Origin: Dicyema japonicum
Lineage: Eukaryota; Animalia; Dicyemida
DNA length: 53,005 nucleotides
NCBI GenBank assembly: GCA_011109175.1
Contig: RDEW01000030.1
Coordinates: 26,311-79,315, forward strand
Direction: 5' to 3'
Shown: positions 37,250-50,945 of the stretch, in pieces
How positions within the stretch are numbered: the stretch's first letter is position 1
How the letters are laid out: each line of letters opens with the position of its first letter
Translations under genes and position numbers: made by a program
The notes under the pieces: model-generated
Told to the model about the DNA's origin: nothing
The model's database searches: none
The model's input: the letters and a program-made list of their open reading frames with translations, nothing else

Positions 37250-39163
37250 TCTTAGCAACGGTTAAGCTTAGTAACATTTTTTTATTTAATAAAATTTATT
37301 AATTCATAAACCCCATAAACCATAATCATAAAAACTGTAAATAGGAGTTAACTAGAGGGTTCTATCTTAATCCTCGCCATAATGACATGGACAGTCCACA
37401 CGTCCCCCATCTCCTTCATTATTATGTCCAGAACCAATTAAGTCAAAACTAGTAGGTCCTTCTTCAGTTAGTTCTTCCACAGTTGATCCTTTCCTCTTTA
37501 TGTCCTTCCCAAGTAGTCCCAATTCGTTTGCAGGGACCAATGATGTATGTAACAGAGTTTTGTAGATGGTTATGGTTTTCATAAACCCCTTCTAAAAATC
37601 TCTAAAATAGATAAATGACAATAGCTACATATCGATTGTCATCAGATCCACCTAACTCGGAAGACGTCCAATTCCTGACCGGCATTCAAAATGATCTATC
37701 TTCATTCTACCGGATAACTTCGTTCTCTGCAACGAGTATTGGGTTTAACCACAGCTTCCCAGAAAATGCCCAGTGGATTAATGTTCTTGGATAAATAATC
37801 CACTAAAACGCAATTAGTTAGTTTGGTTTTATTTTTGGTTTATGGAATAATTTAATTTGATTATAATTCATTTACAGACACGACATAAGGCACTTCAGGG
37901 TGGCTGACGAAACACTTAAGGAAAGTTCGGGAGCTATTGGAGGCTGAGATTACTTCATTAGTTGGTTTATCCTTTCTTTTTAAATAGTCTTGGGGTTTTA
38001 ATAATAAAAATCTTCTATTTGAGATAAAAATACTGTGCACAACTTTTCTGCACCCTCAATCATTAAACAATCTTTTTAGGCGACTGAAGAGATTTTGTGA
38101 TCCTTACCAGTAGCGTGATCCTACGGGAAGTGCGTGTAATTCCGTAAGGAACATTGAGCGAAGATGAAATGGCTGCTGAGAGAGGCCGATGATTGCGTTT
38201 TCTTTTTTTAGTAATTCCTGGTCTTCAAATAAATAAAATCTCAAAAAAACCTTTCGACTTTCTCTTCTAGAGATAGATAAAGGAGGTCGATGCACGTAGT
38301 ATCACATACCAATGACTTCCCCTCCTCCTAGAACGGAAATATTGTGATTCCGTCAGGCCGTTTTCCATCTCTCTGTCAAAGCCAACAGACTCCAGGGCTC
38401 GCTTAACAATTCCGTTGATCGCCTTATGTCTTGGGATTCGTCCTGCACTTCTTAGGCGAGAAAGGGCATGATGTCCATAACAGTCGACGGGACCACCGCA
38501 TCGGCACTTGTGAGTCTGCCAAATCTTCAGTCCATGTCTGATGAAAATACCGGTGCGGACAGTGAGTCGTCAACCTTAACTTATTTTCTATGTATTCATA
38601 GTTAATAAGGCGTCCAATGGATGGCTGGACTTCTTCAAAAAACGACACGAGCAATTCTGAAAAAAACACATCGGATGAAAAATCAGCTCAAATTTTTTCA
38701 ACGAAAGCCATTTATTCTCAATTGTGATGAAACTTCGTAAAAAAATATTAGCAAGTCGTATACCGCCTATGACGACGATTGCCTTGGAAAGTTAAAAGTA
38801 AAAAACGAGTATTTGTCATAAAGTGTGCAATCTTCAAGATTAAAGCCATACTCCATAATAAAAATCTAATTTCCTCCAATTATGTGGCCACCAAATTAAC
38901 TGATCCCATCAGTCAACGGTATAAGCTTCAAGTTTCGCAATTACGACAAAAGAGTTTTATTTCTTTATAAGTCCCTCTTAAAGAACACGTGGCTTGAGAG
39001 ACATATGAGGTTTTTCGCGTTAAAACTTAAAGATTTAATCATTAACTAGCTGATCTCGACACATTTTTTGTGTTCTTAAGGATAATTAAGCAAAAATAAA
39101 GAATATTTTCTATTCCAAGAGTAAGTCGTACCCCAAGACGCTCAATCTTAATTCCGACAACAC

Positions 39164-40108
39164 TTAATATAATAATTCAAAGCAATGTTAAAGAGACTAT
39201 CGTTCAGCACATTGCCCAATCTTCCATAATTTTTAATGTTGTGAAAGACACGATTCTTTGTGAAACATAGTTGCAATGCCACGTGTCTAACAGACTGGGA
39301 ATGGTTAAATTCTTATTATTAGAGATTAAAATACTTTTATATACACGAATTGACCTGGACACGTGGTTTCTCAGAGCTAGGTCAACTTGATGCATAAATG
39401 AGGAGGACATTTCATGGACAGGAGGAATGGTGACTTTATAGGGAAGCTCAACAGAGTTGAAAAATTCAACTATTTCACATCTATCAATTACAAATGGTCC
39501 TACATGTCCACGTGTTTGGTTCTAACAGTGAGAGTGAACCTCTCAAACGATCCCTTACGAGCGTCTTTAGGAGATTCAAATTTCTCAGCCATTCTACGTA
39601 CGACGTTGGGATCTACTCGACAGGAGAGGTCCCGTCTCCCGTTATTCTGCAGTGCTTCGTCCAAATCAACATCCACGTGGATTTGACAATATCTGACACA
39701 TGCTATGGGATTGAGTGAATCAAGTACAGTCACGTGCTATTTTGTATATTTTGTAGCGCATGCTGTTGTAGTACATATTATCGTCAATTAGCAGCAAATT
39801 AGGTCTGGAACTACTCCACGTGGAAGGAAGTATTCCCGCACAAACCTTTAAAATCTCACATAAATGCTGAAAATCAAGTCCATTTACAATATATTTGATT
39901 ATCTCAGCAATAATGGCTCTCTTTTGATGCAATGTGACATCCTGAAGTGACAGTGATAAGTTACCTTGTTATGTTCGATTAGTTCATCGTAGCAGACTGT
40001 TATCACATTATATCTCTGAGATATATCAGGATTCAGTTCAATTTTAGAACAGAGTAGAGACTTTCCGCTGCCTGGAAGTCCACATAACACCACTATTAAT
40101 GAATCCAT
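39164..40108 (-). CDS. PSTK: O-phosphoseryl-tRNA(Sec) kinase; ~4 introns
   Basis: VLCGLPGSGKS P-loop, LIDDNMYYNSMRY, RMAEKFESP and HQVDLALR; last exon inferred. Confidence 0.88.
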
Positions 40109-40366
40109 ATTTTTCAAAAATTTGAATTAATCAATATTTCTCATTCATCTTGGAATTTCATAAATAAATATATCCCAAAGAACGGCCTCATAAATTAGTA
40201 TATTTTGCGACAGTCCGTTGGTGTAGCGCTCTATAACAGATTTCAAAAAAAATTTTAAATAATAAACTCACTAGAAAAAAATATTTATAAATTTTTATAA
40301 TTAAACGACTCGAATTAAAAAAAACATACCATGTCTTTATAGGTTTAGTTTTTGGATAATCAGTTT

Positions 40367-40690
40367 ACCGCGTGGCGCTATGTGGTGCTGTGTGGCTAAT
40401 TGGTTGAAGTTTTCTGTTTGTTTGTCTGTTCATCCTCCCTCTTCCTATTAGAGTGGCCTTATGTGATCGACCTGTCTATGTGTCTCTCCAGTGCCTGGCT
40501 GGCACGAAAAAGGATCATTTGCTCTCCCCCACTTCACTGGAAGGGTTTCCAGAACTGCAAGTATGGACGTCTTTTACCCTTTATGTTGATTCCGGATGGA
40601 CTCTGTTTCTGTAGAAGTGGAAACTGGATACACTTAATTAGCTGTTTACTTTAACTTCCTTCTCGGTGTATCAGGGGTTAATAAATTATT
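40367..40690 (+). mobile_element. SINE-like family 1, full-length copy
   Basis: Aligns end to end with 44329-44655 and 50258-50574. Confidence 0.9.
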
Positions 40691-40939
40691 TAATTATGGG
40701 TTTAGTGATTCTCGAAAAGAAACAATACAAAAATAATGAATACAAGACTCACTCCAAGCCAATTTTGGGAAGATGATCAAGATTGTAGAGTCAAAAGATG
40801 ATCAAGATTGTAGAGCTAAATAAAATAGGTAAATCTTTCATTTTTAAAGATGATATTCCGTATTCAATTAGAAATTACAATAAATTGAGATTTTTGCAAG
40901 GAAGTTTTCATACTATATGAAATTTAGGCTGAACAAGAT

Positions 40940-41060
40940 TTAAATTATTTTGGCCTCCATCGGTTGTATTCCAAACTCAGAAAAAAGTTCTATGGAATAC
41001 CAAGTGCAAACATTTTGAAAGTCATTTCAACTTGTGTTCTATGCCAATCAAAAAAACAAT
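40940..41060 (+). mobile_element. Integrase zinc-binding (H2C2)-like remnant
   Basis: LYSKLRKKFYGIP..ISTCVLCQ. Confidence 0.45.
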
Positions 41061-41559
41061 TCTGCTGGCAACAGAGAGAATGGAAGAAATTCGTAAAAGG
41101 AACTACGATGAAGATGTCTTCAAAATTGGCGGCAATGCATCTTGTAGTCATTAGAAATTATTTAGACAGGATAATGATGCCAATACAAGGTAATTCCCGT
41201 TGTATGATGGATTGGAACTTACGAGAACACGATAGTTGATAAGAAATGTGGAATTTGAAAATCGGAAAGTGAGTCAAATCAACGTTTATAAGGGATACAT
41301 CTATCACGTAGACTCCAGGGATTTTGTAAAAAACTGGCGAACCCCTGCTAAATCAGTGTTAATTGGATTGGAAAGTCAATAAGTCACAGAATTTGATACT
41401 ACGATCGATTTTCTTTTCAAATGCAGGGTGAGGTACCTTAAAAACAGTAAAATATCTGCAGGAGTAAGTAAAGAATGTATTTACCACCAAATGCAACAAG
41501 TATATTACAACCGCTTGACAAATGAAAAAAGTGAACAAATTGAATCAAGATCGTTTTTA

Positions 41560-41690
41560 AAGGACGCACATCCAACAAAAAGAAATTAGGATCATTCCTT
41601 GGTTCTCCATCATCGATTAGTTATGATAACTGTTCTTTACTTAAAATGTGATTTCTGCCTGGGAGGATAGCAAATATAGCTCTTTGTAAA
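41560..41690 (+). mobile_element. SINE-like family 2, 5'-truncated copy
   Basis: ttccttggttctcc..catcgattag..tgataactgttc shared with the family. Confidence 0.7.
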
Positions 41691-42335
41691 ATTCATGCCA
41701 AATGACGGAATAAGAATTGATCCACTGATTTTCTCCTTGACTTTTAACGACTTCCTGCTTTTAGCCTCCTTCAGCTCCTAAGAAAATTCATGGGATTCAC
41801 CTGACTCTGAAGACGCCCAGTGCTTGACCAGTATCCAAAAATATCTATCTTCTCTACTCCAGTGGAGTGTTTCCCACAGTGGTGGATCTTAATGGACGTG
41901 ATGTTTGGAAAAGATGTATCCCATTACAATCCTGTAAACTGGAAAAAATCCATTTCAAGTATATCCAGAGTTATTAAAAAAACTCAGAAATGAGTGAGAT
42001 TTTTAGAACTTTTCCTTTCTATTCCACCAAATCCCAATTTTTGTTGTCATGGGAACGATCAATCTATTAACTCGTTTCATTAATTTTACTTGCCAGCTTA
42101 TTCAAGTCAACGGTTTAACTTATTTCTACCACCAATAAATCGAGGCTAACAATTTCAATATTACCAATGATTATTACAAACTTTAAGTCTTAAAGTACAC
42201 GCCATTAACATTTATTAGTGAGGTAATTTGCTCCCTCAAGCGTGATAGATTAACTTAAGCTTGAAATACCGTAATTGTGCAATTTACGATTTTCCACTTT
42301 GATTATTTATTTCTTAATTACATATAAAATTAAAA

Positions 42336-43841
42336 ATGACTCATTTCATCGGATACAAGGGGTCAACAAATTCAAGCAATAAACATGGTTATTCCACAAT
42401 TTTTGATGTGCAGGAGAGGGGACGTTTTATTATCGTAACAATTTTTTCAAATATTGCGGAAATTGGAAAAATGGAAAAAAACACGGTAAACTCTTAATTA
42501 ATCTGAGGTAATGGAAAGCTATTTTTTGACGATGGGAGTTATTATTGCGGAAACTTCGTAGAAAACCGTATCGAAGGAAATGGAGTATTGTACAATGCCC
42601 ACTCAAGACTGTATACGATGGGAATTTCAACGACGGAGAAAGACAAGGATTTGGGATATTAAAATATGATGACGAGGTTTACTACTCAGGAATGTGGTCG
42701 TGTGGAGAATATCATGGTAAATAAGGGTACTTTATAATTCAGGACAAGGAACCCTTATTGAAGATGGAAACATATATGAAGGAGAATTTGAAAATGGAAA
42801 ACTTAATGACACTGGAAACATTCATTACAAGTACTCAAAATGCATAATTTTTGCAGAGATGGAACAAAATATAGCGGTGAATTGTTCGCCAACGAAAAAC
42901 ATGGTTCTGGGACTTACTCGACTTCAAATTACGACTACAAGGTCTCCTTTACGTTCATAAATAGGGAAATTGGAAAATGGGAGAAATGGACGGTGAAGGG
43001 AGAATATCTTTTAATGACGGATTCACTTATTTTGGATTATGGAAGGATTCCAGGCCAGTGAATGCTGGAATGAGCGTTAAAACTGTGGATAAACTTGAAA
43101 TTAATAGCATTGGTGACAATTTTAATGTGGACGTAGAGTGTTTGGATAGTTTGGGGAATGTAGCACAAAGTATTGATAAGCCTAATGAGTAGATGAGTCA
43201 GGACGTAATATAAAATTAACTTGTGGAATTAAAGTGACCCAAAATATGCTCAAATCAACTATTTTGAAAGATTTTTTAAAGGAAAATTTGGTTGAGACTG
43301 AATTGTACTCTAGATTTGTCAATTTTAGTGGTTTTTCTATTGTACCCTATCCACTGCGACAAATAATAAAAAATAGGTCAATTACTCAGATGATTAATCG
43401 GATATCTTCGTTTTCAAGAAACAGTATGGTGGATGGTTGAGTGATTTTGTAAAAATTGAATTTAGAAACTGAAAGGAATGCAAGGATTATTTTTTTGAAG
43501 ATAATTTTCAAATTCTAGCGAATACAGTAAATGGAAAATGCAATTTTTCTATTCCTGGTTTGGGAAAAATGCCGTCAAATTACGAAATTATGAGAAATTT
43601 TTTATTCAAGAAAAGTGCAATCAATTCCATCAAGAAAGGTACCCCATTTTATTATTAAAGTACGAAAAACAGGTGCACTCATAAAAGTTATAGATCCGAC
43701 AAAAGGTCATCGACTAATTTACATTTAGCTACATTTATTGTACAATTGCATGACCACTCGAATGGATGTAGAGAACACTTTGAAAACTTAAAACCGACTT
43801 ACTTAAAATTTTATGTCCTTAATCCATCTATAGAATACTAA
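42336..43841 (+). CDS. MORN1: MORN repeat-containing protein 1; ~10 introns; apparent 1-nt frame break near 42600
   Basis: YRNNFFKYCGNWKNGKKHG, DGSYY, TYFGLW and ESGRNIKLTCGIK fit MORN1 as recalled. Confidence 0.85.
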
Positions 43842-44001
43842 TTTAATAAAATTCTATTTTAAAATTTTTATTATTAAAATAAAAATAGAGTTAGTTGTTA
43901 TTACAAGGTCTCCATTATTGCCTGCAGGCATTGAGCACACATTGGCAGTTACCTCTGATGATCGCGAGTCAATTTTCTGGAAGAGCCATCGCGTCATTCT
44001 A

Positions 44002-44935
44002 TACCATTTTCAGTTCAATTCTGACATTTTTATATCAAATTTGACAAAGCGATATACAATATTGACAATGCGATATTCTATTTAGACATTTTTATATCAA
44101 TTTTGACTTCGTTTAGTTGATTTAAATACGATTTGTGATTTATTTTAAATTTCTTGATTCGTTGTTCTTGTGCCAATTTTATGTCAAGAAAAAATTCAAG
44201 AATATCAGAAGCTTCGATAAGAGCACTTATAAATAAGGATGAAGAGGGTGGTGATTATATACAGCTTGCTCAAGATCTTGGAGTTAAGAGGACAACAGCT
44301 ATAGCCATCGTAAAAATGGATTATTATAGCCGCGTGGCGCCATGTGGTGCTGCGTGGTTAATTGGTTGAAGTTTTCTGCTTGCTTGTCTGTTCCTCCTCT
44401 TTCTTCCTATTAGAGTGGCGTCATGTGATCCACCTGTCTAGGTGACGCCCAGTGCCAGGCCGGCACGAAAAAGGATCATTTGCTCTTCCCCACTCCACTG
44501 GAGAGGTTTCCACAACTGCATGTAATGGACGTCTTAGCTTTTGTGTTGATTCCGGACTCTTTTCGTAGAAGTGGAAACTGGATACACTTAATTAGTTGTT
44601 TACTTTAACTTCTTTCTCGGTGTATCCGGGGTTAATTAATTAAATTAAATTAATTAAAAAGTGGAAATCCGTATGTTTGTAAACGTGGAGGTAGAAGGGA
44701 GGCTACGATTAGACTTACTGATGATGATATGAATTTGATAATTGAAAATATTGAGAATAATCCATCGATAACATTGAAGGAAATACGAACATTGGTAAAT
44801 AATAAAGTTTGTATTGCGACAATATATAACCCACTTGATTACCTACAAAATGCTGCGAAGAGAACCAATTTCCAGGAATAGTCTGGAAAATATAGAAAAA
44901 AGAAAAATATTTGCATTGGATTATCAACGTAATAC
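44002..44935 (+). mobile_element. IS630/Tc1 left half with HTH, interrupted by a SINE
   Basis: TA followed by taccattttcag, like the TIR at 35951; LAQDLGVKRTTA..KRGGRR..IENNPSITLKEI. Confidence 0.75.
44329..44655 (+). mobile_element. SINE-like family 1, full-length copy
   Basis: Interrupts the Tc1 ORF; approximate TSD taaaaa(g)tgga. Confidence 0.9.
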
Positions 44936-45185
44936 AAATTTCAATTAATCCTTTTTAGCATATACTAAAAAGATTAATTTCTTGCGTGGTTGAGTGTCTA
45001 TGTTTTTATTGTACTCTCAGTCCGTCTATTCTACCCCTATACAATTGCAACTTTCAGTGTCAGAGGACTCGCTTCAAACATTAACAAGAGACCTCAAACA
45101 TGGATTCCTCGATGAAATGGAGAGAAGTACTAGGAGATTCATATGCTTATGGGTAGCGCGGGGGTGCATTTAACTAAATTAATTA

Positions 45186-45404
45186 AAACTGCACTTTTGC
45201 GCAGAGCCATATTAGCTATAGCTCCGCTCAGGCAGGACACACAGTTTATTTAAGTAAACAACAGTTATGATAACTAATCTTAGAAGGGGAACCAAGGAAT
45301 GGTATTGTCTTTTTTTTCTTTTTGTTGTATGTATGTCCTTTATAGACGAACCGGTTCCGCAGTGAGATGTTCACTGATGACGACGTCACTCGTCAAGCCA
45401 AAGC
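45186..45404 (-). mobile_element. SINE-like family 2 copy
   Basis: Aligns with 12012-12232. Confidence 0.8.
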
Positions 45405-45879
45405 TAACTTATTTCTTGAATTAGGGTTTTATTTTTTTGTTAAAGCTTAACTAAAATTTATTTAAAAATATATTATTCAGATATTATTCATTTGATTCCA
45501 CTTCTGGTTTATGACCCTGAGACATTAACCACAGGCTTGTGTTCAACCACCATATTTTCTAAATTTTTTTTCAATACGACTGATTGGATATAAGTCCTCG
45601 TAGCTTCTTAAATGGTAGCCTATCCATGTAATTCTTTAAACATTTATAGAAGTTGTAGATAAGTGAGAGAAGTTGTAGATAAATCTCTTCAAAATTTTTT
45701 CCTTTTTAACTCCTACATTCCTAGAGATGGAAATGTACATAGACAGCAAATATTAATTGTTTATCATTTTACCATAGAGTGGCCAAATGATCAACAGTTA
45801 GTTACTTTTCTTAAAATGATTACATAACAATCCCATGTTTAAGAAAAAATAAATTTCTAACGATTTATTAACAAAAGAG

Positions 45880-48500
45880 TTAAGGAGTTTTCAGGAGGGT
45901 ATTACATCTGAGTCTTTCCATAAAGCTTGGACTCCACACCTGGAACCTTCCTCCTTCTTAAAAATTTTAAATTCGTTTCTCCCAGTTTTATATATGTGTC
46001 CTGGATCTTTGATCTTCTCCTGAAACCATTGATCTGATTCTCCACAATCCTGCTAATCAATTCTAACAGCTCGTTTTCGTCCTCGCTTAGAGAGTCTTTC
46101 AGTTTCTTGTTTAAGGAGAGCTTAATTCCAGCTCTCCTAGTCTTCTCTAGGAGGGATAAAATCTTCTCACTTATCGGAGTAAAGAACCACCCCTCGTACC
46201 CATAAAGTAGGCTAGGGAGAATAACTCCCTTGAAAATGAACAAGTAGGTGTCACCGCTAACTTCAGTGTACACAGGAGCGACTGAAAAGCTCTCTTTCTC
46301 CTCTCCTTTATGTCGTCCGTGTAATCTCCTGCGTGTCCATAGTCGACCCCCAGGTAGCGCAGACTGTGTGTATTTTTATTCCCAGTGTGTATTCTTGTTC
46401 CAGGTGCTTTTTCACATTACTTATTCGGAGTGCGCATGATTTTTCAGCAGAGAGCTTTAACCCAACGTTGCTCAATCTTGTCTACCTACTCCCAGATTCT
46501 GCCTTCAGATATAGAAAATTTTAAAAATGTGTCCATCACAATTACGTCATCGCATAAATAAGAAGACTAGTATTAATATTCTTCGGACGTGGAAAACTCG
46601 CTATGAATATATTAAACAAAATAGGGCTCAATACTGAATTTTGTGGTACTCCTCTCTTGAATGATGTTGCATCAGATATATATCCACACCCTTACTCAAA
46701 AGATTGTCTTTCTTGAAGATAATTTCTTAGCCAAACAAATAGGTATCTTGGAACACTCTGATACAAGCTGCTTTAACAACGCTTCATGGCATACACTGTC
46801 GAATGCTTTCGTGGTATCAAGACAATAAGTTTATTTGGCTCTTGGAATCCCTTGTTTTCATGATTTAAGAATTCAGTAGAAAGAAATAGTCTGTACAGCC
46901 TCTTCCGGGACAAAAACCCCACTGCTCCGGAATCAGAAAGTCATTCTCCTCTATATGTCTGCTTAGCCTATGAAAATGATACGTTCAATCACTTTCACAA
47001 AAGAACATATTAAGCTAATTGGCCTGTAGCTTGCTGGATCTCTTTTTGGCTTCCCTGATTTTAGAATCATTTTCAGGACAGCTTTCTTCTATATTAAAGA
47101 GAGGTAATCATAAAGACATCGCAGATAGTCAAATAAAATATCCGGACCCTCCTTGATAAGTTTCAATGATATGTGGTCATATTCTGGAGCATTGACATTG
47201 CATTCCCTGATAGCCGTCATCACTTTTAAGACGCTGACAGTGCCTTCAACAATAGGCAGTTCCTCGTCGGGATGTTTAAATATATCGGCAGACACCTTAT
47301 TTTTGTCATCAGAGATTAAACTCCATGAATACACAGCCTGAATTTTTTGGAGCTGATCCCTGAATATCGAAGGTGTTTCATTTGGCATGCATACTCCCCC
47401 GTCTGGTTTATTTAATATAATTTTTTTTCTGCCCCTGACTTCAGACACATTATCTTCTGATAGCATTTCTAATAAGAGGGATTCTTCATGTCAATTTTTG
47501 CAGCCTCAGCCTTCCATATACAGTCAGTTTCCTCCTTCCATATACTGCTGATTGCCTCCATCATCATGATTCTGTCAGATAAAATTTCCCCGTCAATGTT
47601 GACCGACACAACGCCTCATCTTTGCGATTCCTCGCACGAATAAGCCTCCTGATAATAGGCGAAACAAAATAATGAGTATTCTTAGAGAATACCTTCAGTG
47701 CATAGAGATTAAGATATGATTGCATGAGATTCGTGACTTCTCGACTTGCTGTATTAATATCTTTTTTTGTTGAAAACTCTTTCAGTAGAACACACAAATT
47801 ATTAGACATGAAAACCCTATAGTGGGCCCAACAAATGAGATATGTTGAACCTCAAGAAAACATCTTCCATAATATCAGGCCTCATGCTAATAACCAATTC
47901 ATGTGGAATATAGTCGCTCCCGATATCCTAAAGAGTTTTTGGTTTTGCCACATAGATAGATAGAGCTGGTACTATGAATACACAGAGTTTGTCACCATTA
48001 TTATAAGAAAAATGATTTGGGTCATCCGACGTAATAATCACAAAGCCACATGAATCAGACAATAACTCTAGTACTATGAATACACAGAGTTTGTCACCAT
48101 TATTATAAGAAAAATGATTTGGGTCATCCGACGTAATAATCACAAAGCCACATGAATCAGACAATAACTCTAAACGCCGTCGATGCTGATTTGTCTTGTA
48201 ACAACCATAACTAGCATTCTTCGAATAAAAATCGTCAATTAATATGGTATAGGGATTCTTGTTGTAAAACTCAGAGATATCTGTAGAACAAGTCTTAAGA
48301 TTCTTGGAGTATAGACTTTCAACACTAATCCATATTTTGTCGCAACAAACGTCTATGCTTATAAATTCACACAATACATCACAAAAGACTTTAGGATTAC
48401 GAATTCGGAGTAAGTTCCGGTGGAAAATAGACGTTTCCGTATCAATAATTGCTCCAGTCTTCCATAATACCTCCACGGAATTGTATCCAGTCATTATATT
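45880..48500 (-). mobile_element. Decayed APE-RT LINE (Jockey/I-group-like)
   Basis: ILIDDFYSK..YG (APE), SYRPISL, KAFDSV, GVPQNSVLSP and LLYGYEGW. Confidence 0.75.
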
Positions 48501-50150
48501 ACCCGGATGTTCTCTAATACAGATTGCACCTAAAGTTGATCTTTTCCATCAAATCATTATATTGTAATTCGACCAACGCCTTCACATTTACTATCCCATC
48601 ATCGTCAACACCATACTTAGCAGACAAAAAAGGTCTGATAGTGCCTAGGTGGGTTGCCCGTGTTTTATCGGTCGTTGTTATGGCGTGCTTCCTACGGACA
48701 CACTTGACCCAGCTATCAGGGTGTCGTGCATTCGCATAAAGATACGCTCACTTAGTTAGACTACTCCACACAGTCACGGAGTAAATATAGTCTCTCCTTA
48801 TTGGCTGCCAGCACATGGACATGGTTCTCTTTGGGTACTCTACGGATCATAACATCCATCTCATTATACTCTTTGGGTTCAAACTCCATAACACCTATGT
48901 AGTAATTTAGCAACGAGACAGCATACTCATTTAATGCTAGGAACGAATTCCTTGCATTTAGAGACGTCTTACATAATAACGCTGCTCTTTTACGAATGCC
49001 TTCAGTAATTTGTCGCTTTGTCTCAGGAATTATAAGGGACTTTGGAGATTCGGTAACACCCAGATACTTATATCTTTCGTGTTCCTATAGGACTCTTACT
49101 AACTCGTTACATACTCGCGTGTTAGTCGCAGACTTTGAATAATTCAAATCTAGTCCTATACTCTCAAAAAATTCCCTGGCACAGACCCCCATGGAGTAGA
49201 GTTTCTCGGCTGTTCGAGCATACATCTTCAGGTCATCGATAAAAAGANCTTTGAATAATTCAAATCTAGTCCTATACTCTCAAAAAATTTCCTGGCACAG
49301 ACCCCCATGGAGTAGAGCTCCTCGGCTGTTCGAACATACATCTTATGGTCATCGATAAAAAGAAGGTGATTTGTACTGAAACAAACCCCCTCAAAATGAA
49401 CTGGTATTTGCTCAGACCGGTTATTGAGGCGGCGACTCAATGGCTCCAAACAGAGAACAAAGAGCAGCGGAGACATGCTATCCCTCTATAGGATATTCCT
49501 CTTGAGTTTTACCTTGCCTATCCGGTGCCTATTATAGTTCAGATGAATACACTACAAAGCTGATGAACCACACAGGCATACACAGCCTGTGTAGGCACTC
49601 GACAAAGTAAGAATGATCAACTGAATCGTAAAGCTTCTTCACATCCACCCACATAGACAAAAGTGAGTTTCCGTGAGACACAGAAAGACACTTATTGATC
49701 AAAGCCTGATCATTTGCCCCCTGATAATTTCGCACAGTACCCAATCGATTCTCGGAGAGAATCCCACTTGCTTCTCAAAGCTCCTGACCTCATTAGCCAT
49801 CAATTTGGTCACCAGCTATACAGAATTGGCATGCAGGTTATCAGTCGATAATCTGCAAAAGACTAAGGATTGTCCAGCTTTAGGATCAAAAAAGTTGTCC
49901 CGATGCAGGCCCAATCTGGAATCATTTCCGGGTTAGTGATGTTTTTCTGTAATACACGACACATAGACACGTCCAATGAAGTGCATCATTTGATGAAGAA
50001 ATTATAAACTTTATCGACCCCGTTCGTTTTCTAATCAGGGAGATGTCTCACTACCGCCTCAAATTTCCCAACTGGCTTAGCCTCCACCGCATAAGCCACA
50101 GTCTTATTGATACAGGTTGACACTACTCCGTTAACCTAACTATTTATTTA
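48500..50150 (-). mobile_element. R4/Dong-like element, RT part; same family as 27302-28330
   Basis: WVDVKKLYDSVDH, SPLLFVLCLEPLSR, NHLLFIDD and YKYLG; 48530-48665 overlaps 27302-27437. Confidence 0.85.
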
Positions 50151-50257
50151 TTAACCCCTGATACACTACCGCCTCAAATTTCCCAACTGGCTTAGCCTCC
50201 ACCGCATAAGCCACAGTCTTATTGATACAGGTTAACACTACTCAGTTAACCTAACTA

Positions 50258-50574
50258 TTTATTTATGAACCCCTGATACACTGAAAAAGAAGTTGAAGTA
50301 AACAACTAATTAAGTGTATCCAGTTTCCTCTTCTACAGAAACAAAGTCCATCCGGAATCAACATAAAAGGAAAAAGACGTCCATACTTGCAGTTGTGGAA
50401 ACCCCTCCAGTGGAGTGGGGGAGAGCAAATGATCTTTTTTCGTGCCGGCCAGGCACTGGGCGCCACCTGGACAGGTGGATCACATGACGCCACTCTTATA
50501 TGAAGATAGAAGAGAAACAGACAAACAAACATAAAACTTAAACCAATTAGCCACGCAGCACCATATGGCGCCAT
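50258..50574 (-). mobile_element. SINE-like family 1 copy
   Basis: Reverse complement of the family sequence. Confidence 0.9.
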
Positions 50575-50945
50575 TCACCGTAACCTTAATATGAGGGATC
50601 TTGCGGGTAAATCTACGGTCCTCAATTGGGACATCTGCCGCTGCAGCGAGATTCTGCGCGTAGACCTCATAAATATGATTGGGTTGCAATGTATCACAGC
50701 TCTGGTGCTCTCTTTGACAGTTGTGGTCATTTGGTCCCCGCCCCTTTAGATCAGTACCCTTTTTGTCTACAGCCATTTTCTTGAGTTCACTCATAGATAT
50801 AACAGTACCGAATCTGCCACTGCAGAGCTCCGCCAAGTATGGCCAACAATTCCAAAGCATTTGGGATAGCCTGCTACGTACCTGCAGGACTACCTGCCTC
50901 GCCCATTCTTTTGGGTTAGCTCCCACAACGCTCTCAGATATGACA
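50575..50945 (-). mobile_element. Possible Gypsy gag/protease remnant
   Basis: Broken knuckle-like C..GH and PHIKVTVNG. Confidence 0.35.

Noticed and set aside
38670-38711. In-frame TGA after ATG near PSTK as a selenocysteine codon
   Set aside because: The region has several stops and frameshifts, weak Gypsy-integrase-like traces, and no SECIS or selenoprotein motif.
40213-40240. tRNA-like start gtccgttggtgtagcg
   Set aside because: No anticodon arm, T arm or acceptor stem follows.
7653-43841. Alternative genetic code to explain the short ORFs
   Set aside because: Stops inside host genes disappear after micro-intron removal, and TAA, TAG and TGA all terminate genes.
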